Shown here one piece after another: positions 1 through 9,307 of a stretch of 38,977 nucleotides of DNA. The position numbers and the translations under genes were made by a program. The notes under the pieces were generated by a model, which saw nothing but the letters and a program-made list of their open reading frames with translations, did not search any database and was not told the DNA's origin. The stretch spans positions 1-38,977 of the forward strand of contig JBFRWN010000103.1 of the NCBI GenBank assembly GCA_051439605.1, read 5' to 3'. How positions within the stretch are numbered: the stretch's first letter is position 1; every line of letters starts with the position of its first letter. The stretch comes from Synechococcus sp. Its GTDB lineage: Bacteria > Cyanobacteriota > Cyanobacteriia > Thermostichales > PCC-7336.

Positions 1-84
1 GTTAAGGGGCCTTTCGCTGTCTGAACCGGCAGGTATTTCCCGGCCCGGTCGAGATCGGTCGTTCCAACTGAGCGGAGGACAACA

Positions 85-468
85 GTGCCCAAATTCCAAG
101 TCCGATTCCAGGTCACCGCATCTCCCAGCAGTCGGGAGGGAGTGTTGCTCGATTACTTGCTGGCGCGGGAGACTCCCTATCCGCTGCGGGACATGGTGAT
201 GCTGGCCGTCCAGAGTTTTTGGTTACCGCTGGCCTACCGCGATCGCCAAGCAACCTCCCTCCCTCCTCCAGAACTGGAGCAATTGGTTCGCAGTTGCGTC
301 CTTCGCTTGCAAATGCAGCAGCAATACTTGCAGGCGCTATTGCCCAAGCCTTTAGCAGAGTTCCCCGAAGCTCCTGTGGAACGGAAACCGCTTCTGACTA
401 TCGGAGGAACATCGGTAGGGACAGATGTCGCGGATGAACGAGAAGCAGTTTGGGACCCCTTTGCCTAA
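85..468 (+). CDS. hypothetical protein (127 aa)
   Basis: GTG start preceded by a GGAGGA RBS; first of three tightly spaced + strand ORFs. Resembles small cyanobacterial plasmid proteins from memory only. Confidence 0.6.
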   Translation: MPKFQVRFQVTASPSSREGVLLDYLLARETPYPLRDMVMLAVQSFWLPLAYRDRQATSLPPPELEQLVRSCVLRLQMQQQYLQALLPKPLAEFPEAPVERKPLLTIGGTSVGTDVADEREAVWDPFA

Positions 469-495
469 TTCAAATGCAGCTTTTGGAGATAGACA

Positions 496-1062
496 GTGCA
501 AACCAAGAAAGATTTAGTCGCCCAGATGAGTGAGGACGATATTGCCTCCACATTCAAGGCTTGCAGTCTGCAGGACAAGGACAAATACACGGACGAGGAA
601 GCCGATCGCTTCAGGGACTGTCGCGCTTTAATTCAACAGGGCAAGTCCTACGAAGAAGCAACGCAGCTCCTGCAGAAATCGGCACCCAAAGTTACTGCGA
701 AGAAGAAGCGCAACTCTCGCAACCGACCTGAGCAATCGGATAAACGTCCTTTGGATATGGCAGAGCTTGAGGGTACCCGTGACGAATTGTTGAAGGCGAT
801 CGCTGGACAGAACGACTGGGAAAATGCGGCTCAAGCTGCAGCGGAACAGGTGGTGGGTTCGTTCTTGGCATCTTTCCAATTTCATCTCCAGCGGTATATG
901 TCTGAGACCACGCAGGTGCTTCAACAGCGACATGCCAAATCGCAAATTGAGACCGATGGAAATAGCGATTATCGCCAAAGAATAGAAGCTCGCGTAGATC
1001 GCTTGTTTGGCAGCCCGAAGTCCCAAAAGCAACTGAGCGATGGAGAATCTACCACCAGCTGA
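496..1062 (+). CDS. hypothetical helical protein (188 aa)
   Basis: GTG start with GGAGA RBS; charged helical sequence; overlaps next ORF by 23 nt. Confidence 0.6.
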   Translation: MQTKKDLVAQMSEDDIASTFKACSLQDKDKYTDEEADRFRDCRALIQQGKSYEEATQLLQKSAPKVTAKKKRNSRNRPEQSDKRPLDMAELEGTRDELLKAIAGQNDWENAAQAAAEQVVGSFLASFQFHLQRYMSETTQVLQQRHAKSQIETDGNSDYRQRIEARVDRLFGSPKSQKQLSDGESTTS

Positions 1063-1660
1063 CGATCAGGCCAAGGGGCTTGAGGAGGCGTTCGAGCAAT
1101 TTACTGCTGTCTTGACTCAGGCTGAAGCGAGTCGACTTGCGGGTAGAGCATCCGAAAGATTCTTGCAAGAATTCAGCCAGGAGCTATCGACAGAACGCGA
1201 ATTGGAGCTTTTGCTCAAAGCTCTGACAGTTTACCTGCGCAGTTATGCCGAGCAAGGTTGTGTCGAGCCAAAGCTGGCATCGGTTTTGCAACAGTGGTGG
1301 GGAAAAGCTGAATTTAAGGAGTTGGGGCAAGCGCTGCGATTGTTTGCGCGATCGGCAGAGAGTAGAGGGGCTGAGAGAGCGCGGATGAAGATGAAAGCAG
1401 CTTTGCCGCAGTTGGTGGAGCAACGGTTATCAAAGGGGAAACGTCATGCTGTGGTTGTTGGTAGGCGCTCGAAGATTCTGACAATGTCGGCTTGTTCAAC
1501 TGCGGTAATAGCCTCTCTGACTTTTACTTGTATGATTTGCGGCATGTTTATTGGGCTCAATTTTGTTCCTTGCGCGATCACCTGTGAAAGAGGTTCGTCT
1601 TTAGAAATCCGAAACGAAGTACTTCAATATCAGCAGAGAAGTTTGTTTGATTTTGAATGA
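1040..1660 (+). CDS. hypothetical protein with a C-terminal hydrophobic segment (206 aa)
   Basis: ATG start overlapping the previous ORF; hydrophobic stretch AVIASLTFTCMICGMFIGLNFV near the C-terminus; converges on the ATPase gene with a 27-nt gap. Confidence 0.55.
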   Translation: MENLPPADDQAKGLEEAFEQFTAVLTQAEASRLAGRASERFLQEFSQELSTERELELLLKALTVYLRSYAEQGCVEPKLASVLQQWWGKAEFKELGQALRLFARSAESRGAERARMKMKAALPQLVEQRLSKGKRHAVVVGRRSKILTMSACSTAVIASLTFTCMICGMFIGLNFVPCAITCERGSSLEIRNEVLQYQQRSLFDFE

Positions 1661-1687
1661 ATCAACTACTCAACACAACTTTGCGGC

Positions 1688-3118
1688 TTATTTCAATCGG
1701 TTTTCCTTGGCATACTCCCTCCGGATACCTTCAGAGAAGTCAGCTTGTCGCAGAACGGTTTCATCTCGGGAGATTGCCTTTAGGCAAGCAAATCGGATCG
1801 CGTTCATAATCGTTCCACCACTCATTTCGTACTCGTTAGCCATTTGGTTGAGATCTGCTCCAGGTTCTAAGTCAGCTGTATCGGGTAGACCTTTTTTCCA
1901 AATCAAGCGACGTTCACCCTGACGGGGCATGGGGAAATGGATGATTTGCTCGAAGCGGCGCGAGAAGGCTTCATCTACATTGTTGGCCAGATTCGAGGCT
2001 AGGATGACTAAGCCGTCGAAGGTTTCTACCCGTTGCAAGAGAAAGGATACTTCTTGGTTAGCGTAGCGATCGTGGGAGTCACGCACCTGGGTGCGTTTAC
2101 CGAAGAGGGAATCGGCTTCGTCGAAAAACAAAATCCAGCCTTTGTGTTCTGCTTTATCGAAAAGGGTGGCTAGGTTCTTTTCGGTTTCGCCGATGTATTT
2201 TGAAATCACCATAGACAAATCTATTTTGTAGACTTCTCGCTGGGTTGCTTTACCTAATAATGTGGCAGTTAAGGTTTTTCCGGTGCCTGGCGGTCCGCAG
2301 AACAGGACACGACAGCCTGGGCGCAGTTTTTTGCGCATGTTCCATTCGTCCATCAATACCTGTTCGTTTTGCAGCCAGTTCTCTAGTTCTTTGATTTGGC
2401 TGAGGGTGTGGCTGGGCAAGACCAGATCGTTCCAGTCCATGGCGGTTTCTAGTCTTCGGGCCGGAAACTGGAAACTCATGCGCGGTGGCCGGACTTTGCC
2501 GGTTAAAATGCGCTCAGCATACTCGGTATCGATAACTAAGCGACCGCTCATGGGGGGGTCTCCCTCGGGGGCGTCTTCGAGGGAAATGATGCCTTGCTGA
2601 ACTAGGGGGTGGTCACCCCAGAGCTGGGCTAGCCAGTAGAGGCGGGCTTCGAGAACGTCGCCTGCGAGCAGGAAAAGAGCGGTGTCGCCGGTAGGTAAGA
2701 AGCCTCGATGCTGGCGGCCGCGTATGCCCCCAATCCGGGGGAAATCTCCGGCTTGGGGCAAAACACTTTGAATCAGGCGATCGAAGAAGTCTGGCTGAAT
2801 CCAAGGAACAAGGGCTAGGAGGAGGAGGAGTTGGGAGTCGGCATCTAGGTGATAGTCGCAGATAAAGCAACTGTAGGGGTCATCTCCGCTGCAGGGGGGG
2901 AATTGGAATGTTTCTTGGTTCGGAGGAGCCTGGTTAGGGTCGCCGAAGGAAATCCTCAATCTTTGAGTTAATACCTTTTCTAGAACAGTGATCGCTTGGG
3001 TCAAATAGGACAATTGCCGTGTTATGGCGGATGAAAATTTGCTAAGTGTAACCATGGGGTAACCTCTACCATCGACTCCTGAAAGTAAACTCATTAAGCG
3101 AGATTTCAGTGTCTGCAT
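1688..3118 (-). CDS. eCIS-associated AAA+ ATPase (Afp15/Pvc15-like)
   Basis: Walker A GPPGTGKT, pore loop SKYIGETEKN, Walker B ILFFDEAD, DRYANQEVSFLLQR motif and arginine finger FSRRF. True start may be the ATG at 3055. Confidence 0.93.
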   Translation of the reverse strand: MQTLKSRLMSLLSGVDGRGYPMVTLSKFSSAITRQLSYLTQAITVLEKVLTQRLRISFGDPNQAPPNQETFQFPPCSGDDPYSCFICDYHLDADSQLLLLLALVPWIQPDFFDRLIQSVLPQAGDFPRIGGIRGRQHRGFLPTGDTALFLLAGDVLEARLYWLAQLWGDHPLVQQGIISLEDAPEGDPPMSGRLVIDTEYAERILTGKVRPPRMSFQFPARRLETAMDWNDLVLPSHTLSQIKELENWLQNEQVLMDEWNMRKKLRPGCRVLFCGPPGTGKTLTATLLGKATQREVYKIDLSMVISKYIGETEKNLATLFDKAEHKGWILFFDEADSLFGKRTQVRDSHDRYANQEVSFLLQRVETFDGLVILASNLANNVDEAFSRRFEQIIHFPMPRQGERRLIWKKGLPDTADLEPGADLNQMANEYEMSGGTIMNAIRFACLKAISRDETVLRQADFSEGIRREYAKENRLK

Positions 3119-3326
3119 AAAGCAAACGGATCGGGTTTACTGGAGATACATCAAACCTATCTTTCCCTAAGGCTCTGTTGAGATTTGGTTTGAACGGGCT
3201 CGAAATGGAGTACTAAACTGATGTGTTTATCGTATCTATTAAAGGTGACCCTTTAAAGCCTACGATTCTGTTTTTTCAAGGTTAACTTGCCTGTCCTTTC
3301 GCGATCGGGGCTGAGTTATCCATTGC

Positions 3327-4604
3327 TTATAACTCGAACTCATTTTCTACCTTGGTCAAGGCCTCATTGGGCGAGACGTCGCCGTAGATAACGGCCATGA
3401 TGCCAGGCAGATATCGATCCACTATTGCGATGTTGGTGTAGACCACCTGTCGAACTAGGGTTGTACTGAGGCGATCGCCTTCGACGTCAATGCTGGTTTT
3501 GTAGTGAATTTCGCCGCTGTCCAAGTCCATCTCGAAGTTGCCGATCGTGATGCCGTAGTTGACGCGGGTGAGGAATTCGGCCATGGCTAGCCGCTGTTTG
3601 TCTGGGACGTTGACGGGGCAGAGGGAGTAAAATACGAATTCTTGCCGTTCTTCATGGGTGATGGCATAGCAGGTCCATTGGCCGTTTTCGCCCTGGAATG
3701 CTAGCTGGAGTGAGGTCTTGCCTTCAACTTGGGCAATAGGCCATTTGTTGGTTTTAAAAAAGCTGACGACTGTTTCAAATATTTCTCCACCTGAGGAGTC
3801 CCAATCGGTTGCAGTGACATCATCGGTTAAGTTCTGGAAAACTCTGGTAATTTCTTCTACATGTTCGTCTGAGGCTTCTTGGAGGGCTTTGGAAAAGTTG
3901 GCTTCAACCCATTCTGCGAAAAAGTCAGCTATGCCTGCGGAAATTTGTTCGCCAGAGGTGGCTACCTTTTGCAGGATTGAGGGATTAATGTGAGACCAGA
4001 AAGTGCTGTAGCCAGTTTCTGTGTCTCCTTGTTGCTGTTTGACAGAGAGGCAGAGCCAGCTTTCAGTGTGGAGAAGTGGATCGATGGTTGCCTCGGTGGC
4101 TCTGGGTTGGTGAGATTCTATTTGATTGGGAACTTCGATAGTAGGTTCGCTCAGGGGAATTTGAGATTGGGAAGTGTCTACTTCTTGCTCGGGAACGCGG
4201 GGAGTTTCTGCTGGCTCTGTTTTCGGGCAGGGAAGTAGATCTTTTAACTGTTGCTGACTGAGATTGAGGAGGTGGGACGCGGCTTCCTCGGCATTGGTGG
4301 CGTTTGCAAAGAGGCGGGGAAGGAGGTCGGGGTGTAGGGTGACTTCAAGCTGGATGTTGGGTTCGGGAAGGAAGTCGCGGCCTGTGAAGGGGCCTCGAAT
4401 TTCGTCCTTGAGATTAAAAAGGCCTTGGGTATCGATGTGGTAGTAGAGATTAGGAGAGAGCAGGAACGTGAGGCAACATTTAGTGAATTTTTCATCCTGT
4501 CGGCCCAAAATTATATCAATTGCATGTGTATGCAGAGAAAATCCTCCTGATACTCTAAAAAAAAGATTATTATCTAGATGATAGTGTTCGATTTTCGCTT
4601 CCAT
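3327..4604 (-). CDS. YbjN-domain protein (T3SS-chaperone-like fold at the C-terminus)
   Basis: C-terminal FQGENGQWTCY...FYSLCP...EFLTRVNYGITIGNFEMDLDSGEIHYKTSID matches the YbjN family; starts 10 nt after the toxin stop codon. Confidence 0.8.
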   Translation of the reverse strand: MEAKIEHYHLDNNLFFRVSGGFSLHTHAIDIILGRQDEKFTKCCLTFLLSPNLYYHIDTQGLFNLKDEIRGPFTGRDFLPEPNIQLEVTLHPDLLPRLFANATNAEEAASHLLNLSQQQLKDLLPCPKTEPAETPRVPEQEVDTSQSQIPLSEPTIEVPNQIESHQPRATEATIDPLLHTESWLCLSVKQQQGDTETGYSTFWSHINPSILQKVATSGEQISAGIADFFAEWVEANFSKALQEASDEHVEEITRVFQNLTDDVTATDWDSSGGEIFETVVSFFKTNKWPIAQVEGKTSLQLAFQGENGQWTCYAITHEERQEFVFYSLCPVNVPDKQRLAMAEFLTRVNYGITIGNFEMDLDSGEIHYKTSIDVEGDRLSTTLVRQVVYTNIAIVDRYLPGIMAVIYGDVSPNEALTKVENEFEL

Positions 4605-4614
4605 AACCTGTTAG

Positions 4615-7600
4615 TTAAAATTTCTCCTTAGCCTGCTCGCGAAGATCGTTTAGTTCTTGCCACTCTTCACTATCTTCATCAAAGAATTCCATCATCTCGC
4701 TAAGCAGACCGAATATAGTTTCAGCAGAGTTAGGACTTAAATCAGATCTATCAAATCTCCCTTCTGGGGGTTGTTTCCCTTCTGGAGGCTGTTTCCCTTC
4801 TGGAGGCTGTTTCCCTTCTGGAGGTTGTTTCCCTTCTGGAGGCTGTTTCCTCTCTGGGGGTTGTTTCCCTTCTGGGGGTTGTTTCCCTTCTGGAGGCTGT
4901 TTCCCTTCTGAAGGCTGTTTCCCTTCTGGAGGCTGTTTCCTCTCTGGGGGTTGTTTCCCTTCTGGGGGTTGTTTCCCTTCTGGAGGCTGTTTCCCTTCTG
5001 GAGGCTGTTTCCTTTCTGGAGGCTGTTTCCCTGCTGGGGGTTGTTTCCCTGCTGGGGGTTGTTTCTCTTCAGGAGGCTGTTTCCCTTCTGGAGGCTGTTC
5101 TCCTTTTCCTTTGGGAGGTTGGCTGAGCAAGCACTTCATGAGACGTTTAATCACAAATTTTCCAGAATCAGACTTGCTGCAACCAAGATGTTCTTTAATT
5201 TTCTCAAGAGAATATTTTTCGTGATTAAAAATTTCGAGAACTAGTTCAACTTGTCTCTCTGTGGCTGGCTCGCCAGGTACAAATTCAAATTTTGATAAAA
5301 CATCTTTTTTGACTGTATTGATATTTTTTTTCTCCCATTCTGACCTCAAATCACTCAGCTCTTTTTCGTTTGATTTACCATCATTAGGTAGGTTGCATGG
5401 AAACTCTTTCTCATCAAAGCTACAAGCGCCGCCTGCTGAAGCTGCAATTGTAGATAGTCCTGCTAAATCGAGAGCCTCCTTAAGTATTGTTTGATACCAC
5501 GAGCCTAGTTTAGAATTTAAGAGCTCACATACTTTTTCGTTGATTAAATCTTTGAACTGCGAAGTTCTTGCAACCAAATCAATTACTAAGCTCATTGCAA
5601 ATTGACCGACAATTCCCCATAGACACCCCCAAGCAGGAGGAGAAATGCAAGAAATCGCCTGAAATACCCCTCTTATTGCCCATTCAAGACCTCCAATAAA
5701 ACCGAGAATTTCATTGCTACGATTAACAAATCTAAAGAACTTTTCAAAGCTACTATTAAAGTCTGCTAATGTATCTTCTAGCTTCTCTTTAGAACCTTCG
5801 ATTAAATCTATAACTGTATCAATTGGATTAAGCAATTCATCAGTAACATCATTGTTTTTAAGTTGTTCAAGAAAGTCATTCATGACTTTATCCAGGATTG
5901 CATTCATACAACCTGAAAAAAGTTTATATGCATGCCCAATTAATTGTCCAAAGCCTATCTTTGCAGCCTTAATAAGGACATTGAATACACGGCGCTTCCA
6001 ATTTCCAAGCCCTGATTTATATTTTTTAATGCCCGTTACTCGTTTCTTGAATTGCTTGAACCTATTTGCCAGGCATTTAAAGAAAGCTTCAACTTTCCCC
6101 AATACTCTACCAAGCTTAAATCGGAGTGAACCAAGTTTATCGCCTAATTTTCCGCTCCACAACCTTATTTTCTTAATATCTCTAACTGAGGCATCAATCT
6201 TTTTACTTTTGATGCCATTAATGCCTAATTTGCTATCAATTTTATGCCGCTTTATGACACTCCGAATATATCCCTTTTCACTCTCTAGAATTTTCTTAGG
6301 GCCTGGGGATTTTCCAACAGGCTCCTTGCCATCTATCCAGCCCTTTCTAGCCGTTTTCCATTTTGCTTCTGCAGACTTTGACCATTCCTTGTTCGGGGGA
6401 GCATCTGGACATTTACTAGCTTTTGCTTGAATGAATAAATTTTCTGATATAGCTTTCTGATCACTCTTTTTGAGTTGAATGTTAAATGTAGGAGGGCCAG
6501 GACGAGGCTTCAAAGCTGTTGGTATGGGTTTCCGTTTCTTGCTTGCTTTTGATGAAACATTCTCTTCTAATTTAGATAGCTGCTCCTTAAGCTCGAGTGG
6601 CTCCTGCTCCCCACTATAGGGACTTTGAAGCAGGAAATATGTATACATACCATTTGGTAATCTATAAAGCCAAAGGCGGTCATAGAGCTCGTCGTCCCCA
6701 GTTTTAGTTTTTTTCTTTGGTTTAAGAAATTCAGCTAGCTCAGGAGCCTTTCGTGTAAGCTTTAACTTTTTCGCCAAGGTACGTGTTTTTTCGTCAAAAG
6801 AAGCTAGGTTCTTTCGGGCTTTATTGTAATTTAGTACATCTGGAATCTCAATATCTACAAGCTTTCTTCCTGTACTATTTGAACGAGTGGCATTATTGCT
6901 TTGTGTGTTGACTTGATTGATAAATTTTTCAAATCCTATTATATAATTATCTATCTGAAGCGTTCCAGACCCAACAGATTCAGCTGTTTTAAAATCTGTC
7001 TTGAAGAGAGGCTTGATTTCTCCAACATAAAAACTCTCAGGAAAGTCATTACTCCACTTACTCCCTTTTCCACACTTTGGTCCAAGCTTCGGATTTCTTG
7101 CTGATTCTATATTTCCTACTCGAGGTGGTTTTTCATAGAAAAAGTTTTCATCCTTGGAAATACAGTTTCTGGGTTTTGTTTTGTCAAAATAGTTCTTTGC
7201 CCTAACACCAGATACAATATATTCTTCTTTACTCTTATATAAATCTGCAAAGCCCACTAGATTGTGCTCAGGTCTTCCTTTTCTATGTGCACCTGGGATT
7301 GGAACCTCCGTCATTAATCCCTTATTTTTAGGCTCCTTTACAAGTACGCTCTCTATATTATTATGTGCCCAGGTTCCAGTATATCTTTTGTCTTCATTGA
7401 CCGAGAAACGCTGAAGATATCCATCTTTTTGTGAGATAGGATCTTGTATTGCTCTAATACCTGTCTGCTGAACTACATGCGAAAGTTCATGTGCTAATAA
7501 TTGATCGCCACTAAAGGTGCCCGGTTGATATTTATCTGATGCGAAGTAGATATCTAGACCTGTAGTAAAGGCATATGCATGAAGGGCTTTGGTAAGGTTA

Positions 7601-8697
7601 TTTGCTTCAGCATCAATATGCACGCGAACCTTGTTGAAATCAACACCAAACTTTGTCTCCATCAATTGGCGAGTTGATTTTGGTAGTTTAGTCCCTTTGC
7701 CTTTTTCTCTTAGAACCCGATGCTCAATATCATTTACATCTGAGTATTGTGAAGTAGAATATTTATGATTTAGATCGATTAACTTCAGCTTTGTTTGAAT
7801 CGCTGTGCTCTCTTCTTCTGGATCAATTTGCCCTTGAATAGTAGAGAATGTTTGACCGTAATTAGATTTTGGTTGAACTCTTTTATTTTCTTCCTCTCCT
7901 AAGACTGGTCCCGTTTGGATCTGTGCAAGAGGTGTAATTTCACTTGCCAACGGTTTTATTTTAACCATACCTTCGTTTTCATTTGGATAGCTCTGCCGTT
8001 GCATTTGGGGCTCTGACATCTGCATCACTTGATCCGCAACACGATCCGCTTCCTGCTCATATTTATCATTCGGCTGCCCAATCTTCAGCTTTGGCTGAAC
8101 AATGCCTAGTCCAGCTTTTTCCTCCTTTTCACAGCTGACACATTTACGCTGAATTAAAGGTAAGCCCATGTCTGCGAGAGGCTTAGTTTGAACAGTATCA
8201 TCAGTCTCCTCTTCAGCTCCCTCTGATTCAGCTTGTTTCTGAACTAGCGGTTTAATCTGACCCGCCACCTGCTTAGATTGAATGAGTTCCGGAGCTTCCT
8301 CTTCTGCCTCATCATCCATCCGTCGCTGCAACGCTGGTGCTTTATTTGGAATTACCTTTTTAGCTATTGGGTCTGCCTTTTGCTCATGGAAATTACTTGG
8401 CGGAGCGAGCTTTAACTGGGTTTGAATTGTAGTTTTAGAGTTATGCTCCGAAGGTGGAAAGGGGGCCTCGCCAGCAGAGTATTGATGGCTTTCCTGTTCA
8501 GAATCATACTCTTGCGCCTGTACTTCTTCTAGCTCTTTCCGGTCGCCAACTTCGCGCTTCGGTAGAACAGTAGTGATTGAGGGAGAGGCTAGAGCAGAGA
8601 AAAAAGGTGCTGTTTCACTCTCATGCGCCGTTTTTGAGAAAAAAGGTCGGCTCGTGTGGTTTTGCGAAGATTGTTGATGGGTATGGGTGCTCAACAT
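4615..8697 (-). CDS. DUF4157 (eCIS core domain) polymorphic toxin/cargo: leader repeats, DUF4157, REase-like nuclease, hydrophobic helical domain, QPPEGK repeats
   Basis: KLKIGQPNDKYEQEADRVAD and METKFGVDFNKVRVH...AYAFTTGLDIYF...LLAHELSHVVQQ (DUF4157). GTWAH...EVPIPG...ADL...EIKP...QIDNY pattern follows. ATG at 8697 preferred over the TTG at 8715. Confidence 0.85.
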   Translation of the reverse strand: MLSTHTHQQSSQNHTSRPFFSKTAHESETAPFFSALASPSITTVLPKREVGDRKELEEVQAQEYDSEQESHQYSAGEAPFPPSEHNSKTTIQTQLKLAPPSNFHEQKADPIAKKVIPNKAPALQRRMDDEAEEEAPELIQSKQVAGQIKPLVQKQAESEGAEEETDDTVQTKPLADMGLPLIQRKCVSCEKEEKAGLGIVQPKLKIGQPNDKYEQEADRVADQVMQMSEPQMQRQSYPNENEGMVKIKPLASEITPLAQIQTGPVLGEEENKRVQPKSNYGQTFSTIQGQIDPEEESTAIQTKLKLIDLNHKYSTSQYSDVNDIEHRVLREKGKGTKLPKSTRQLMETKFGVDFNKVRVHIDAEANNLTKALHAYAFTTGLDIYFASDKYQPGTFSGDQLLAHELSHVVQQTGIRAIQDPISQKDGYLQRFSVNEDKRYTGTWAHNNIESVLVKEPKNKGLMTEVPIPGAHRKGRPEHNLVGFADLYKSKEEYIVSGVRAKNYFDKTKPRNCISKDENFFYEKPPRVGNIESARNPKLGPKCGKGSKWSNDFPESFYVGEIKPLFKTDFKTAESVGSGTLQIDNYIIGFEKFINQVNTQSNNATRSNSTGRKLVDIEIPDVLNYNKARKNLASFDEKTRTLAKKLKLTRKAPELAEFLKPKKKTKTGDDELYDRLWLYRLPNGMYTYFLLQSPYSGEQEPLELKEQLSKLEENVSSKASKKRKPIPTALKPRPGPPTFNIQLKKSDQKAISENLFIQAKASKCPDAPPNKEWSKSAEAKWKTARKGWIDGKEPVGKSPGPKKILESEKGYIRSVIKRHKIDSKLGINGIKSKKIDASVRDIKKIRLWSGKLGDKLGSLRFKLGRVLGKVEAFFKCLANRFKQFKKRVTGIKKYKSGLGNWKRRVFNVLIKAAKIGFGQLIGHAYKLFSGCMNAILDKVMNDFLEQLKNNDVTDELLNPIDTVIDLIEGSKEKLEDTLADFNSSFEKFFRFVNRSNEILGFIGGLEWAIRGVFQAISCISPPAWGCLWGIVGQFAMSLVIDLVARTSQFKDLINEKVCELLNSKLGSWYQTILKEALDLAGLSTIAASAGGACSFDEKEFPCNLPNDGKSNEKELSDLRSEWEKKNINTVKKDVLSKFEFVPGEPATERQVELVLEIFNHEKYSLEKIKEHLGCSKSDSGKFVIKRLMKCLLSQPPKGKGEQPPEGKQPPEEKQPPAGKQPPAGKQPPERKQPPEGKQPPEGKQPPEGKQPPERKQPPEGKQPSEGKQPPEGKQPPEGKQPPERKQPPEGKQPPEGKQPPEGKQPPEGKQPPEGRFDRSDLSPNSAETIFGLLSEMMEFFDEDSEEWQELNDLREQAKEKF
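4756..5097 (-). repeat. 18-bp in-frame tandem repeat, 19 units, encoding QPPEGK and variants
   Basis: Units such as tttcccttctggaggctg on +; I count 19 hexapeptide units in the translation. Confidence 0.95.
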
Positions 8698-9307
8698 TGG
8701 AAGGCAATGTGTCAATAGACCTGAAACTAGCCTGGGCTCTGTATACCGGTAACCGATACTAATTCTCGCTCTAGAGCCTTACATCTGGAATCGCTTGAAT
8801 TTATAGATAAGAGATGGAGCTAGTAAGGGGATAGGAAAAACAAAATATTGTTTAACCCGCCCCTAAACGATTAAGCGGCAGAACGTAGTGGTTCATTCTT
8901 TAAAAAATAACACGATACACGATGAACTGAACGTTATCGTAAAAGATCTAAATAGACACACGCACTATCTAACGCTTAGAACTTAATAATTTAGATTTTG
9001 AGCTTTAACTTGATTGCAAATCAAATACCTTCAGGAAAACCTTTAGATCTATATTGAAAGCATCTCGAATTTGGAGCAGCTCGATTATTATTAATGGCTG
9101 ATCTAAATTCTCGACACAAAGCTGAGCTATTCAATGATTCCAAGCAAAGAGCTTGATGATTACGATGTCCTTCTCCGCCTCAACAAAACTATTTCCTATT
9201 TCTATAAAATCCATAAGTCACTTGGAGCTACGTATGGGAAGGAAACTTATATTCTTGAGCAATTAGTAGGCTGTTTATAAGCTGAATAAAGGATTGTGAA
9301 AATATCA

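Noticed and set aside
4756..5097. CRISPR array
   Set aside because: Contiguous 18-bp units with no unique spacers, in frame within a CDS; no cas genes.
4951..6430. + strand ORFs 4951-5244, 5261-5494 and 5714-6430
   Set aside because: Antisense shadows of the toxin gene; FPFWRL is simply the opposite-strand reading of the repeat.
8741..8760. NtcA box upstream of the toxin
   Set aside because: GTA...TAC spacing does not fit GTA-N8-TAC; only an imperfect palindrome.
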